From positions 87,659 to 151,658 of the forward strand of contig CAWEJX010000016.1 in assembly GCA_963809485.1 (NCBI GenBank): a stretch of DNA of 64,000 nucleotides, written 5' to 3'. Origin of the DNA: an uncultured Acidobacteriota bacterium. GTDB taxonomy: Bacteria > Acidobacteriota > UBA6911. Every line of letters begins with the position of its first letter. Position 1 is the stretch's first letter. The notes beneath the pieces are model-generated. The model had not been told where the DNA came from, did not search any database, and saw only the letters and a program-made list of their open reading frames with translations. Shown here one piece after another: positions 28,137-37,754 of this stretch. The translations under genes and the position numbers were made by a program.

Positions 28137-28817
28137 TCACAGCTCGATCTCCCTCAGATCCGGGGCGACAATAAGCCTGGGTTCTGTTACCGACTGAACA
28201 TCCTCGGCGGTGAGGCCGGGATAAATTTCCTTCAACAACAATCCCCTATCGGTCACCTCGATCACAGCGAGGTCCGTAAAAATCATGTTCACCTTTTTTC
28301 TTGCCGTTGCAGGATAGGTCAGCTGTCGGACTATTTTGGGCGCGCCGTCGTTCGTGGTATGTTCCATTGCGATGAAAAGCTTCTTGGCACCCACCGCAAG
28401 ATCCATCGATCCACCGATGTTGCCGACGCCATTCAATCCCCTGGAGGGATTCAGCCACGAAGCGAAATCGCCCGATTCATTGACCTGGAATGCTCCCATG
28501 ACCGTAACATCCACATGCCCTCCCCGGATCATGGCGAAAGACTCGCAGATGTCGAAATAAACCGTGCCGTTCGCTTCCAGGACAGGCTGGCAACTGGCGT
28601 TAATGAGATCCTGATCGATGGCATCTCCCTCCGCAAGGCTTCCGGTCTTCAGCATCCCGATTTCCGATTGCAGAATAACGTCTCTGCCTTCCAGCCAGTT
28701 ACTTACAAGAGTGGGAATCCCGATGCCCAGATTCACGTAGGAATTGTCCTCGATTTCCTTGCTCACTCTTAATGCAATAATTTCCCGGGGAAGCCCCTCA
28801 TATTTCTTCAACTTCAT
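28137..28817 (-). CDS. Family I CoA-transferase subunit B
   Basis: VNLGIGIPT, QSEIG, RGGHVD, GGSMDL. Confidence 0.92.
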   Translation of the reverse strand: MKLKKYEGLPREIIALRVSKEIEDNSYVNLGIGIPTLVSNWLEGRDVILQSEIGMLKTGSLAEGDAIDQDLINASCQPVLEANGTVYFDICESFAMIRGGHVDVTVMGAFQVNESGDFASWLNPSRGLNGVGNIGGSMDLAVGAKKLFIAMEHTTNDGAPKIVRQLTYPATARKKVNMIFTDLAVIEVTDRGLLLKEIYPGLTAEDVQSVTEPRLIVAPDLREIEL

Positions 28818-28832
28818 TCTCCTTGTGGAATA

Positions 28833-29573
28833 TCAGAGATTCGTGATGTCAAACGTGATCCGGGGCACTTTGACCACCTTTTGGACAAAAATGCCTGGAG
28901 TGTGGACCGTCTCCGGGTCAAGATCCCCTGCGGGCACGAGGTTTTCAACCTCGGCAATTGTCTCCCGGGCAGCCATCGCCATGACGTGATTAAAATTTCG
29001 GGCGGTTTTGCGATAGCGGAGGTTTCCTTCTTCGTCGCCCATATGCGCGTGAACAAGAGCAAAATCAGGCTTCAGGGGATATTCGAGAATACAGGTCTGC
29101 CCGTCAAAAACACGCGTCTCCCTCTTTTTGCGGTTTCCCTCGATGTTGGTGATGGTGGTTTCCTCCACCATGGCACCCGCGCCCACAGGAACAAAAAACG
29201 CAGGGATTCCGGCACCCGCCATACGGTATTTTTCACAGAGCGTGCCCATGGGGTACACCTCCAGCTCGATCTCCCCCGCACGAACCTTTTGCTCCAGAAG
29301 GTGCTGGCCGCCTTTGGTGGCGGAGCGGAACAACCCATAGGAATCGATAAGTTTCCTGATTTGATTGTTCTCCAGCAAAGTGTTCAATTCGTCTTTGGCG
29401 CCCAGCAACGGGCCCGACCCGCAGGCCAGGGTCAGGTCCTTTACGCCTTTCCGGACCAGTGCCCGGAGCAGCGTTCGGGGCACGCCGGCAGCAAAAAATC
29501 CGCCGATCGCAATCATCGCCCCGTCCCTGATTCCCGCCAGGGCTTCTTCCATATCTTCGGCTACTTTATTCAT
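28833..29573 (-). CDS. Family I CoA-transferase subunit A
   Basis: IGGF..AGVP, PMGTL.E, GAGIPAF, ARNFN, VHTPGIFV. Confidence 0.92.
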   Translation of the reverse strand: MNKVAEDMEEALAGIRDGAMIAIGGFFAAGVPRTLLRALVRKGVKDLTLACGSGPLLGAKDELNTLLENNQIRKLIDSYGLFRSATKGGQHLLEQKVRAGEIELEVYPMGTLCEKYRMAGAGIPAFFVPVGAGAMVEETTITNIEGNRKKRETRVFDGQTCILEYPLKPDFALVHAHMGDEEGNLRYRKTARNFNHVMAMAARETIAEVENLVPAGDLDPETVHTPGIFVQKVVKVPRITFDITNL

Positions 29574-29618
29574 GCGTTCGATTCCCCTCGATAAATCTGC
29601 CGCGTATTATGAAAAAAA

Positions 29619-30347
29619 TCAAACTTCCCTTCGTGTCTTCGCCGCAAGCCTCGATTCCAGCGCCAAACCCTGGTCGAGCGGCATGTCCATCCCTCGACGG
29701 ACCGCTAGCTTTGCATTTCTTACCGCAACCGGATCCAGCGAGGCTATTCTACATGCGATTTCCCCGGCCACGGCGAGAAGCCGTTCCCGGGGCACGACCT
29801 GATTGACCATTCCTGTTTCCAGAGCCTCGCGGCTATCCAGACGGCGCCCGGTCAGGAGCATGTCAAAAGCCACGGCCGGTCCGACGGTCCGCGGGAGCGT
29901 CTGGGTCCCCCCCGCGGCGGGCAGGATGCCCAACCCGACTTCCGGCAGTCCAAAAACAACATCCTCGGAGGCAATACGAAGATCGCAGTATAGGGCAATC
30001 TCTATTCCCGAGCCGAGCACATATCCGTGCAGGGCCGCAATCAGGGGCTGCGGCATACCTAAAAATAGCCCCCAAAGATTCCGCAGAGCACGGATGTTTC
30101 GTGCCTTGGTTGCGGAAGGCGCCGTCAGAAATTCCTTCAGATCGGCGCCGGCGCAAAACGCCTTGTCGCCCGCCCCCTTGAATACAACAGCGTGAACTTC
30201 ATCATCAATCCTTATGGCGCTCAGAACCTCATACAGATCATCGCGCATTTGAATGTTGTAGGCATTCAAAGCCTTCGGACGGTTTAGCGTCACATACGCG
30301 ACGGCGCCGCTTTTCTCAAATAGAATGGTCTCAAATCCGTCGGCCAT
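29619..30347 (-). CDS. Enoyl-CoA hydratase/isomerase (crotonase family)
   Basis: LNRPKALNA, AFCAGADL, GSGIE, FGLPE. Confidence 0.92.
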   Translation of the reverse strand: MADGFETILFEKSGAVAYVTLNRPKALNAYNIQMRDDLYEVLSAIRIDDEVHAVVFKGAGDKAFCAGADLKEFLTAPSATKARNIRALRNLWGLFLGMPQPLIAALHGYVLGSGIEIALYCDLRIASEDVVFGLPEVGLGILPAAGGTQTLPRTVGPAVAFDMLLTGRRLDSREALETGMVNQVVPRERLLAVAGEIACRIASLDPVAVRNAKLAVRRGMDMPLDQGLALESRLAAKTRREV

Positions 30348-30352
30348 GGCGT

Positions 30353-31057
30353 TCAGTTTCCATCAAAAACAGGATTTCGTTTTTCCTTGAATGCCGTAAT
30401 TCCCTCAACACGGTCGCGGGTGCTGAACAAAATCAGGTAAAGATCCATCTCCAGGTTCACACCCTGATCCAGGGTAAGGTCCATACCGCTGTAAACGGCT
30501 TCCTTGGCAAAGCGCAGAGAGAGGGGCGACTTCAGCGCCATTTCCGCGGCCATCTCCATGGCGGTGTTGAGCAATGCATCGGGGGCGACGACCCTGTGAA
30601 GCAGTCCAATCCTGTGAGCTTCCCCGGCATCGATGGCATCCCCGGTAAGAATCATCTCCAGCGCCTTCCCAAGCCCTATTAGGCGCGGAAGCCGCTGGGT
30701 ACCGCCGTCGCCAGGCAGATGGCCGGACCGTATCTGCGAAAGTCCAAAACGGGCGTTTTCAGTTCCGATCCTGAGGTCGCACGCAAGGGCCAGTTCGAGA
30801 GCGGGACCGATTGCATCGCCCCGGATGGCCGCGATCACCGGCTGCTTGAGCCCCGCAACGGGCCCAGCCAGGCGACCGGGAAGTTCGCCACCGAAGATAA
30901 GCACAACCACGCGTGTATCCTCATCCCATGAAACGAGATCGCATAGTTCGGCCAGGTCGGCTGCCGCCGTTTCATAGTCCGCGCCGGCCTGCAAATCAAC
31001 AACCATGCAGTTCGCCGTTTTCCTGTAGGCCCAGACGCCGCGCTTCTGTTCTTCCAT
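30353..31057 (-). CDS. Crotonase-family protein, degenerate N-terminal half
   Basis: PVIAAIRG, LELALACDLR, GGTQRLPRLIG, AFKEKR; lacks the FxAGAD motif. Confidence 0.85.
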   Translation of the reverse strand: MEEQKRGVWAYRKTANCMVVDLQAGADYETAAADLAELCDLVSWDEDTRVVVLIFGGELPGRLAGPVAGLKQPVIAAIRGDAIGPALELALACDLRIGTENARFGLSQIRSGHLPGDGGTQRLPRLIGLGKALEMILTGDAIDAGEAHRIGLLHRVVAPDALLNTAMEMAAEMALKSPLSLRFAKEAVYSGMDLTLDQGVNLEMDLYLILFSTRDRVEGITAFKEKRNPVFDGN

Positions 31058-31491
31058 CCCGATTCGATCCCCCCTGTAATCCGTAATCGCTATAACGCAA
31101 CCGCCAGGCTCCTGCATGGCAGCAGCTTTCGGCAGAACTTTCATTAAGTCCCGGTGAATACAGCTATCCAGAGCCGCCGGGAAGCCCGGCTGTGCGGCGG
31201 AAACACCGATACAGCCGCGGAGACTTTATCATAACGATTACGGAGACGGACATGGCTAATTTCCGGTCGGGCCGGAGACGCTGTCCATCGCATCCGGCCC
31301 GCCATGCGGATGCGTTTGCAGCATCTTTCCCATCACGGCCCGATCCAAATGCGGCATAGCAAGAAACAGAAGTTATATTGGATAACGCCCGGGATTGGGG
31401 GCTCCAAAGGCGTCCGGAAGGTTTCCAGCCCGCACCGCATGCTTCCGGCAATTACCGCCCCGGGGAATCCCCCCGGGAGGCAACCGCGCTG

Positions 31492-31863
31492 TCACTTCCT
31501 CCCCGGAATGATTTCGATCCAATATCCGTCGGGATCCTCGATGAAGTAGATGCCCATCCCCGGATTTTCATGGCAGACGCAGCCCATTTCCTTGTGACGG
31601 GCAAAGGCGGCGTTGTAGTCATCGACGGCCAGCGCAAGGTGGAATTCGTTATCTCCCAGGTTATAGGGCTCCTTTCGGTCCCTGAGCCAGGTCAGCTCCA
31701 GCCTGTGTGCAGTCTTTTCGTCGCCGAGAAATACGAGTGTGAAGCTCTTGTCGGCAGCGTCCCTGCGCCGCGTTTCGACGAGGCCCAGCGCGTTGCGATA
31801 GAACTCCAGGCTTTTTTCAAGGTCCAGGACGTTAATGCTGTTGTGGTTAAACTCAAATTTCAT
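31492..31863 (-). CDS. VOC-family lactoylglutathione lyase-like protein
   Basis: HNSINVLDLEKSLEFY, LELTW, FIEDPDGYWIE; ATG at 31863. Confidence 0.88.
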   Translation of the reverse strand: MKFEFNHNSINVLDLEKSLEFYRNALGLVETRRRDAADKSFTLVFLGDEKTAHRLELTWLRDRKEPYNLGDNEFHLALAVDDYNAAFARHKEMGCVCHENPGMGIYFIEDPDGYWIEIIPGRK

Positions 31864-32100
31864 ATTTCCTTCTCCGCGCTCATCTTGAGCAGGTCGGCAT
31901 CCCAGCCAGTCCGGGATTTGCCTATGGAACAAAACCATTCTCCGTATTCCGACAGACTCAATCAAGGCACGGATGCATTTTAGATTGCACGCTTCAAAGG
32001 TCACCCCATTTTGCCAAAAAAAGATTTCTTCCACCCATTCCGGCGTTAAAATAGACAGGAACCTATACTGGGGCGTCTTCCTATGATCGTTCAAACCCTT

Positions 32101-32256
32101 GTGGAGTACGGCGCGCTTCAATCGATTTCTGCGGCGTTCGCCAGCGCTTATTATCGCGCTGAGAGTTTTCTGGTATCGGTCAATCCCAGATACTATCTTA
32201 TCCTGGCGCTCGCGGTTCTGGCATGGATCATTCTGACCCGCCGACGCGCGCATTAA
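32101..32256 (+). CDS. Putative 51-aa single-pass membrane protein (absent from ORF track)
   Basis: MEYGALQSISAAFASAYYRAESFLVSVNPRYYLILALAVLAWIILTRRRAH*; TM followed by a basic stop-transfer. Confidence 0.45.
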   Translation: MEYGALQSISAAFASAYYRAESFLVSVNPRYYLILALAVLAWIILTRRRAH

Positions 32257-32336
32257 GATCCGGGAAAGGCTCGCGAAAACAATCGGGCGTGATGAAGTTG
32301 TTTTCCCGGGATTGCACTGCCGGGCTTGGGGAACAT

Positions 32337-32972
32337 ATGCAGGATTTGACCGGTTTGCGCGAATCGATTCTTACGGGAAATTCCGCACGGGCCATAGAAG
32401 AGGCACAAAAAGCACTGTGCGATGGCGCGAATCCGGCCGACATCGTCAGCCGGGGCATCGGCCCGGCAATGGGTGAGGTGGGAAGGCTGTTCGAAGCCGG
32501 CGAGTGCTTCGTCCCCGAACTGCTCATGGCGGCAAAATGCACGAAGGAAGTCTTCCGCATCCTGCGCCCCCTGCTCGCGCAAACGGGAGCCAAACCCAAC
32601 GGCTGCGTGGTGATGGGAACCGTGCGCGGCGACCTGCACGACATCGGCAAGAACCTCGTGGCGGCAATGCTCGAGGGAGGCGGATTTGAGGTCACGGATC
32701 TCGGCGTCGATGTCCCAGCCGAGAGGTTCGTTGCCGCCGTGCGGGACCGACAGGCTCATATCGTGGGCCTTTCGGCTTTGCTCACCTCGACCTTGCCTGC
32801 CATGAAAGCAGTAGTCGAAGCCTTCCGCGCATCAGGGATGCGCGATAGCATCAAAATAATGGTAGGAGGGGCGCCGGTAACGCAAGAATACGCAAACGCA
32901 ATCGGCGCCGATGGGTATGGGGAAAGCGCTGCCGCGTCCGTGGATCTGGCGCGCCGCCTGATTGGCGGATGA
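32337..32972 (+). CDS. Corrinoid (B12-binding) methyltransferase protein
   Basis: GTVRGDLHDIGKNLV, GLSALL, VGGAPV. Confidence 0.93.
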   Translation: MQDLTGLRESILTGNSARAIEEAQKALCDGANPADIVSRGIGPAMGEVGRLFEAGECFVPELLMAAKCTKEVFRILRPLLAQTGAKPNGCVVMGTVRGDLHDIGKNLVAAMLEGGGFEVTDLGVDVPAERFVAAVRDRQAHIVGLSALLTSTLPAMKAVVEAFRASGMRDSIKIMVGGAPVTQEYANAIGADGYGESAAASVDLARRLIGG

Positions 32973-32983
32973 CACACCAAAAA

Positions 32984-33027
32984 GTCAGGTGCCTCCGGCA
33001 AAGCCGGAGGCTTACCGATGTAATTAT
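32984..33027 (-). mobile_element. 44-bp minimal derivative of the IS200-ended element
   Basis: gtcaggtgcctccggcaaagccggaggcttaccgatgtaattat contains both element termini around a single hairpin. Confidence 0.7.
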
Positions 33028-33042
33028 GGGATTGAGCCTGCG

Positions 33043-34074
33043 ATGGATGATCTGCAGTGGAGCACCCTGATTTCTGTGGTTCACGGCGAACGGCTCGCCG
33101 CGCCGCCTGCCGGTTTCATAATCGACAGCCCCTGGCTCCCCAATTGGGCCGGTCACACAATCCTGGATTATTTTACCGACGAGCGGATCTTCCTGGAGGA
33201 CAACCTGAAGGCCATACGGGCCTTTCCTCAGGCCCTCATTCTGCCGGGCTTCTGGTCCGAATACGGGATGTGCACCGAACCCTCCGCTTTTGGTTCCGTA
33301 TCCACCTGGGAGGAGAACGAATTTCCCTTCGCCCAAAAAGTGCTTCAGTCGGCGGCGGACGTGGAATACTTACGCCAACCCGATCCACGAAAGGACGGCC
33401 TGCTCCCTTTTGTCATCAAGCGCCTCAAACACCTGCAGCCTGAAATCGAAAAGGCCGGTCACAAAATCCGTTTTGCGGTCGCGCGCGGCCCGCTGAACAT
33501 CGCAACGTTTTTGATGGGGGCGACCGAATTCCTGACTGCGCTAAAAACGAATCCCGAATGCATGCATCGCCTGCTGACCGTCATCACGGACTTTCTCGTG
33601 GATTGGGTCCGATGGCAGCGCCAGTGCTTTCCCTCGATTGACGGCATCCTTCTGCTGGACGACATCGTGGGTTTCGTGAGCCGGCAGGATTTCGAGGTTT
33701 TCGGTTTCCCCCACCTGAAAAGGATTTTCAGCGCGGATGTAACCCTTAAATTCTTCCATAACGACGCCCCGTGCAAAGCTTGCGCGCCCCTGCTGCCGGA
33801 AGCCGGCGTCAACTTGCTGAATTTCGGTTTTCAGCACACCATTGCGGACATGAGAGTGTGGACCGGGAACAGGGTTGCCCTGATGGGCAACATACCACCC
33901 CGCGATGTCCTGGCCGCCGGAACGCCGGCGGACGTGGAGCGGTCGGTTGCAGGCATGCTCAATGCCCTGGAAGATCGATCGCGCCTGATTGTTTCATGCG
34001 GCGGCGGCATGCCCCCCGGCGCACCGGCGGAAAACATACGGGCTTTGATAGCAGCATCGGCGCAATCGAGGTAG
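33043..34074 (+). CDS. Uroporphyrinogen decarboxylase-family methyltransferase (MtaA/CmuA-like)
   Basis: RGPLNIA, FFHND, MGNIPP, SCGGGMPPG...ENI; next to the corrinoid protein. Confidence 0.85.
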   Translation: MDDLQWSTLISVVHGERLAAPPAGFIIDSPWLPNWAGHTILDYFTDERIFLEDNLKAIRAFPQALILPGFWSEYGMCTEPSAFGSVSTWEENEFPFAQKVLQSAADVEYLRQPDPRKDGLLPFVIKRLKHLQPEIEKAGHKIRFAVARGPLNIATFLMGATEFLTALKTNPECMHRLLTVITDFLVDWVRWQRQCFPSIDGILLLDDIVGFVSRQDFEVFGFPHLKRIFSADVTLKFFHNDAPCKACAPLLPEAGVNLLNFGFQHTIADMRVWTGNRVALMGNIPPRDVLAAGTPADVERSVAGMLNALEDRSRLIVSCGGGMPPGAPAENIRALIAASAQSR

Positions 34075-34572
34075 CGTTATTCCGAAAGATACGGGTTGGT
34101 GCAGAACTCCGCCAAATTATTTCCATCGGGATCCGCGCAAAATAACAATTTCCAGCTTGTGCGGGAAAAATCACCGGGGTAAAAACTTTGTTGTGTCCGC
34201 GCTCCCTTCCCGGGTGTAGAATCCTGCCGGCGCAGCCCAATCATTCGTTCTCGCACCTCATGAAGCTGGGCTGCACGCTCCATTAAGCACCTGAACATGT
34301 TGCCCAAATGTGAGGAATCATCCTGATTCCCGCACGGATGGGTCGAGCGGACGGCAGAACGCGGCGATGCCGATGAAATCTAAATCATTTATAAAATGCT
34401 CATGAAGATACGGGGAGAGAATCCATGCGAAAACTGTTGGCACCAAGGTGCCTTATGGCTTGGGCGATCCCTGGGCAGGTCCCCTGTTCAAGCAGCTGTG
34501 CATCAGCTGGATTCAATGCTGAAACTCATACGGCTTCTGTGAAAAAGCGCTACCTTTAAAGGAGGAATAATA

Positions 34573-35007
34573 ATGGCGACATCAAAGTTTGCAAAATACG
34601 TCCGGAAAGGGGTGATGACCAACCCGACTCCGCATCCCGAGGTTTCGGCGCCGCGTCTGGGACTAAAGAGCGGAGAAGGTTTCGGCAACGTCCCGTTCTC
34701 GATGAGTTGGTGGGCTATCACCGAACCTTTTGTAATGGTGACGGATTGTCACAAACACGATTTTGACCAGTTCATCATATTCGCCGGAGGGGACATCACC
34801 AATATGCCCAGTATAGGCGGTGTGGTGGAGTTTGGCTTGAGTGAAGACGGCAAGGACATAGAGACTCAGGTCATCACGGAAGCCACGATGATTTTCCTCC
34901 CTGCCGGCATGTTTCACGGACCGCTGAATTTCAAGAAGATCAATGATCCTAAAAAGCCCATCCTGTTCCACGATCTCTTCTTCTCGCCCGAATACAAGCG
35001 GGTATAG
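34573..35007 (+). CDS. Hypothetical protein, cupin-like
   Basis: AAGGAGG RBS; HKHDFDQ...PAGMFHGPL histidine pattern. Confidence 0.7.
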   Translation: MATSKFAKYVRKGVMTNPTPHPEVSAPRLGLKSGEGFGNVPFSMSWWAITEPFVMVTDCHKHDFDQFIIFAGGDITNMPSIGGVVEFGLSEDGKDIETQVITEATMIFLPAGMFHGPLNFKKINDPKKPILFHDLFFSPEYKRV

Positions 35008-35263
35008 AATTTGCGCGAGCCGCAATGCTTCGGGCTGCAGGGAGCTTGAACCGCTGAACCGCTGCAAACAACGGATGCGGTGACAGATCAGGGCCGCTGA
35101 CGAACGCCGGCGGGCGCTTTAGGACCAGCGTTCGTCAGGGCTTTGATCCGTGCATCCCAGCACCCCCGGATCCGTCAAAAATCCCCAATCGCCGGCCCCG
35201 GCGGGTCCTCTGCAACCCCGGGGGTAGCCGTTGTTGCGGTGGACACCGAACCCGCTCAACCGT

Positions 35264-35471
35264 TCACGGCTTTTGGTTTACGCCATGGTCCATGAACTCT
35301 GCCCAGAATCCATCCGGGTTGGCCATAAAAAATGACCGGGTCGCCGGACCGATGAATACCGGACCTCCGGTTGCGCTCAGGGTATGCAGGCCGGCCTCCT
35401 TCATGCGCGGCATAACGATATCCACATCCCTGGACATGAACAAAATGTTCGTGGTTCCTTTATAGAAATTC
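35264..35471 (-). pseudogene. 3' fragment of a VOC/glyoxalase gene
   Basis: DVDIVMPRMKEAG...FFMANPDGFWAEF; 5' part missing, abuts the flavoprotein stop. Confidence 0.55.
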
Positions 35472-37112
35472 CTATCCTTCTCCAGCGATGCTTTTTCCAA
35501 CCAGATACCCGAAGGTAACGCAGTTGGCCCCCAGGTTCTGGCCGGGCTCCAGGAATGTGTAGATGTTGGCATACATGTCGCCGACGATGGTACCGACAGC
35601 GTACAAGCCTGGAATCACTTGCTCGTTTTTATCGAGCACCTGCATTTTGAGGTTCGTGCGCAGCCCGCCTGAAATAAAAAGCAGCCACGGCAATTTGCTC
35701 GACGCCCCATAAAATGGAGGCGTGTCGACAGGAATGAGCAGATCCTTTCTTTTGTAGTATTCGGTGTCGATCCCCGTCCTGCAGAAGCCATTGTACTTTT
35801 CGACGGTCGCCTTCAGCGGGGCAGCCGGCAAACCCAGCTTCCCGGCGAGTGCGTCGAGGGTGTCGGCCTTTACCATCGTGCCCGACTTCACATTCGTTTC
35901 CCATTCCTCGATAACCGTCTGGATGGGGATTTGAGGAGGACCGCCGTAGTAGCTTCCGAAAGGAGTCCAGGGAGCGGCTCGTTCGGCATACGCGCGATCC
36001 CAGAGGGCGAATATTGTTGTATCGGGCTGCTGCATCTGCGCGATCCCGGCAAAGGGCCCCAGCCTGTCCTCGTTGCCGTATCGAACGGCGTTCCTGTTCA
36101 CGAGCAAACCTGTAAAGGCTCGATAGGGCTGCGTTTCGGGGCCAACCTGTGCCAATACGTTCGGCGCATTGGGTACTGTCTTCTGCCACGCCGCGCCCAC
36201 CCATAAAGCCATCTTGTGCCCGTCGCCCTTATAAACGCCTCCGCCTCCCTTCACCAAAGGCAGCACCCAGGGGCAGTATTTCTCTACCATCTCCTCGTCC
36301 GTGAAGTCTCCGGTGGCGAGGACGACGGCTTTTGTGCCGATGTATTTCGTGTAAGTTCCTCCGGGTGTTTTTGCAATGACGGCGCTCACCCGCCCGGTGT
36401 TGTTGTCTTCGCGTACGAGCTGCACGGCGGTTGTGCTGTAATGGATTTTCACTCCCCGATCCTGGGCGGTTTTGGCCAGGGTGTTCACGACAAGCTGCTG
36501 GCCGCGGCCCGCGGCTTTGATATCGCCCCCGAGCCAAGAGTGCGAACCCGGATACATCGTCATGGGGCCCTCCGGGTCAGTGTTGCCCAGCTCGATGACA
36601 GTCTGATAGCCCGTCGCCTCCATTTTGTCTATCAGCCAGTCCATGGCCTCGCCACTCCTGTTGGCCCAGAGCAGCCATTTGTCCTGGTCAACCCTGAATG
36701 AGTGGCATTTCATTTCTTCTTTGAATTCCCTGCCCACGTCGGATTTGATCCCCAGTTTGCGGGTTGCTTTTGTATTGAAGGCGTGGTTGGATCCGCCACG
36801 CGCTACAGGGGCTGAACTGGCGGCGATAACCACAACTTTGGCCCCGCCTTCAACCGCGGCATTGGCACAAACCAAACCTGAGGTCCCCGCACCGATTACC
36901 ACAATCTCGGCAGTAATGGTTTCTTTGATATCGCCGGCGGGTATCGGCGGTGGGGGGACTTCAAAAGAATATGTCCTGGACTGAGCTGCCGGCGAAGCAG
37001 CGGGGCTTGTGCCAATCCATGGGCTGCCCGCCGCGGCAACCATACCCGCGCCTGCCGTTGCGTTTTTCACAAACCTTCTGCGAGTCATCCCTCTTCCGGT
37101 TTTATTTGGCAT
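35472..37112 (-). CDS. Tat-exported FAD-binding oxidoreductase (flavocytochrome c / FAD_binding_2 family)
   Basis: TRRRFVK Tat motif, VVIGAGTSGL, VVLATGD, GDGHKMA, IPGLYAVG. Confidence 0.88.
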   Translation of the reverse strand: MPNKTGRGMTRRRFVKNATAGAGMVAAAGSPWIGTSPAASPAAQSRTYSFEVPPPPIPAGDIKETITAEIVVIGAGTSGLVCANAAVEGGAKVVVIAASSAPVARGGSNHAFNTKATRKLGIKSDVGREFKEEMKCHSFRVDQDKWLLWANRSGEAMDWLIDKMEATGYQTVIELGNTDPEGPMTMYPGSHSWLGGDIKAAGRGQQLVVNTLAKTAQDRGVKIHYSTTAVQLVREDNNTGRVSAVIAKTPGGTYTKYIGTKAVVLATGDFTDEEMVEKYCPWVLPLVKGGGGVYKGDGHKMALWVGAAWQKTVPNAPNVLAQVGPETQPYRAFTGLLVNRNAVRYGNEDRLGPFAGIAQMQQPDTTIFALWDRAYAERAAPWTPFGSYYGGPPQIPIQTVIEEWETNVKSGTMVKADTLDALAGKLGLPAAPLKATVEKYNGFCRTGIDTEYYKRKDLLIPVDTPPFYGASSKLPWLLFISGGLRTNLKMQVLDKNEQVIPGLYAVGTIVGDMYANIYTFLEPGQNLGANCVTFGYLVGKSIAGEG

Positions 37113-37193
37113 ATATCCTCTCAACTGGGATATTGGTAATTGTTTGGAAAGAAACGCTGCAACACAAACACATTACCTACGGTCCTATATTGG

Positions 37194-37511
37194 CTAGGAA
37201 CCTATCAGCCGCTCCAGGAACTGTCGATAGCAAACATAGTTCTCGAAAGGCATATCCTTGCGCACTCGGGCATCATTGCCACCAGATTTTTCCCAATATC
37301 GTGCGGGTCGCCCTGAACCGTCCCGATGACTACGCAGCCCTGAGGCCGAATCTCCGCGTTCTCCAGATGTGGGCGAAGTGCGGACAGCCCCGCCTTCATG
37401 GCGTGGCCGGCCATCAGTATTTCGGGAACGAAGAAAGTCCCCTGCGCATACAGCCGGCCCACCTCGTCCATAGCCGCTATGAGGCCGTTGGGGAGAATGT
37501 CCCGGGCATCC
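37194..37511 (-). pseudogene. Collapsed remnant: internal corrinoid-protein fragment fused to a probable UroD-family C-terminus
   Basis: GLIAAMDEVG...GTVQGDPHDIGKNLV in one frame, then RVRKDMPFENYVCYRQFLERLIGS* in another. Confidence 0.7.
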
Positions 37512-37729
37512 GCGGCACTGTGGCAAGCGCCGTGCGGCAAGGAGATGAAGGGTATGAGAAACCGGGCGTTTGCCACAGTGCCGCCGCAGAAAACTCCATC
37601 GGAAGCGCCTCATCGGCTTTTGCTCGCCGAACAAATCGGTGATCAGCGCTTTTATCAGCGTTTCAAAATACGGAGCTGTCAAACTCTTTGAGTCCCCCGG
37701 CAGAGCTGGGGATTTACCAATGTAATTAT
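37512..37729 (-). mobile_element. Truncated copy C of the IS200-ended element
   Basis: Closely similar to 18758-18996, including the hairpin cargo and left end. Confidence 0.8.
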
Positions 37730-37754
37730 ATCAGATGAAGTAGTAGCGATTCAT

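Noticed and set aside
32257-32336. Cobalamin riboswitch before the corrinoid gene
   Set aside because: The spacer is short and I could not assemble the B12-box and core stems by eye; an Rfam search would settle it.
34438-34452. Sigma54 promoter TGGCAC...TGC
   Set aside because: GG-to-GC spacing is 9 nt rather than the required 10; kept only as a palindrome.
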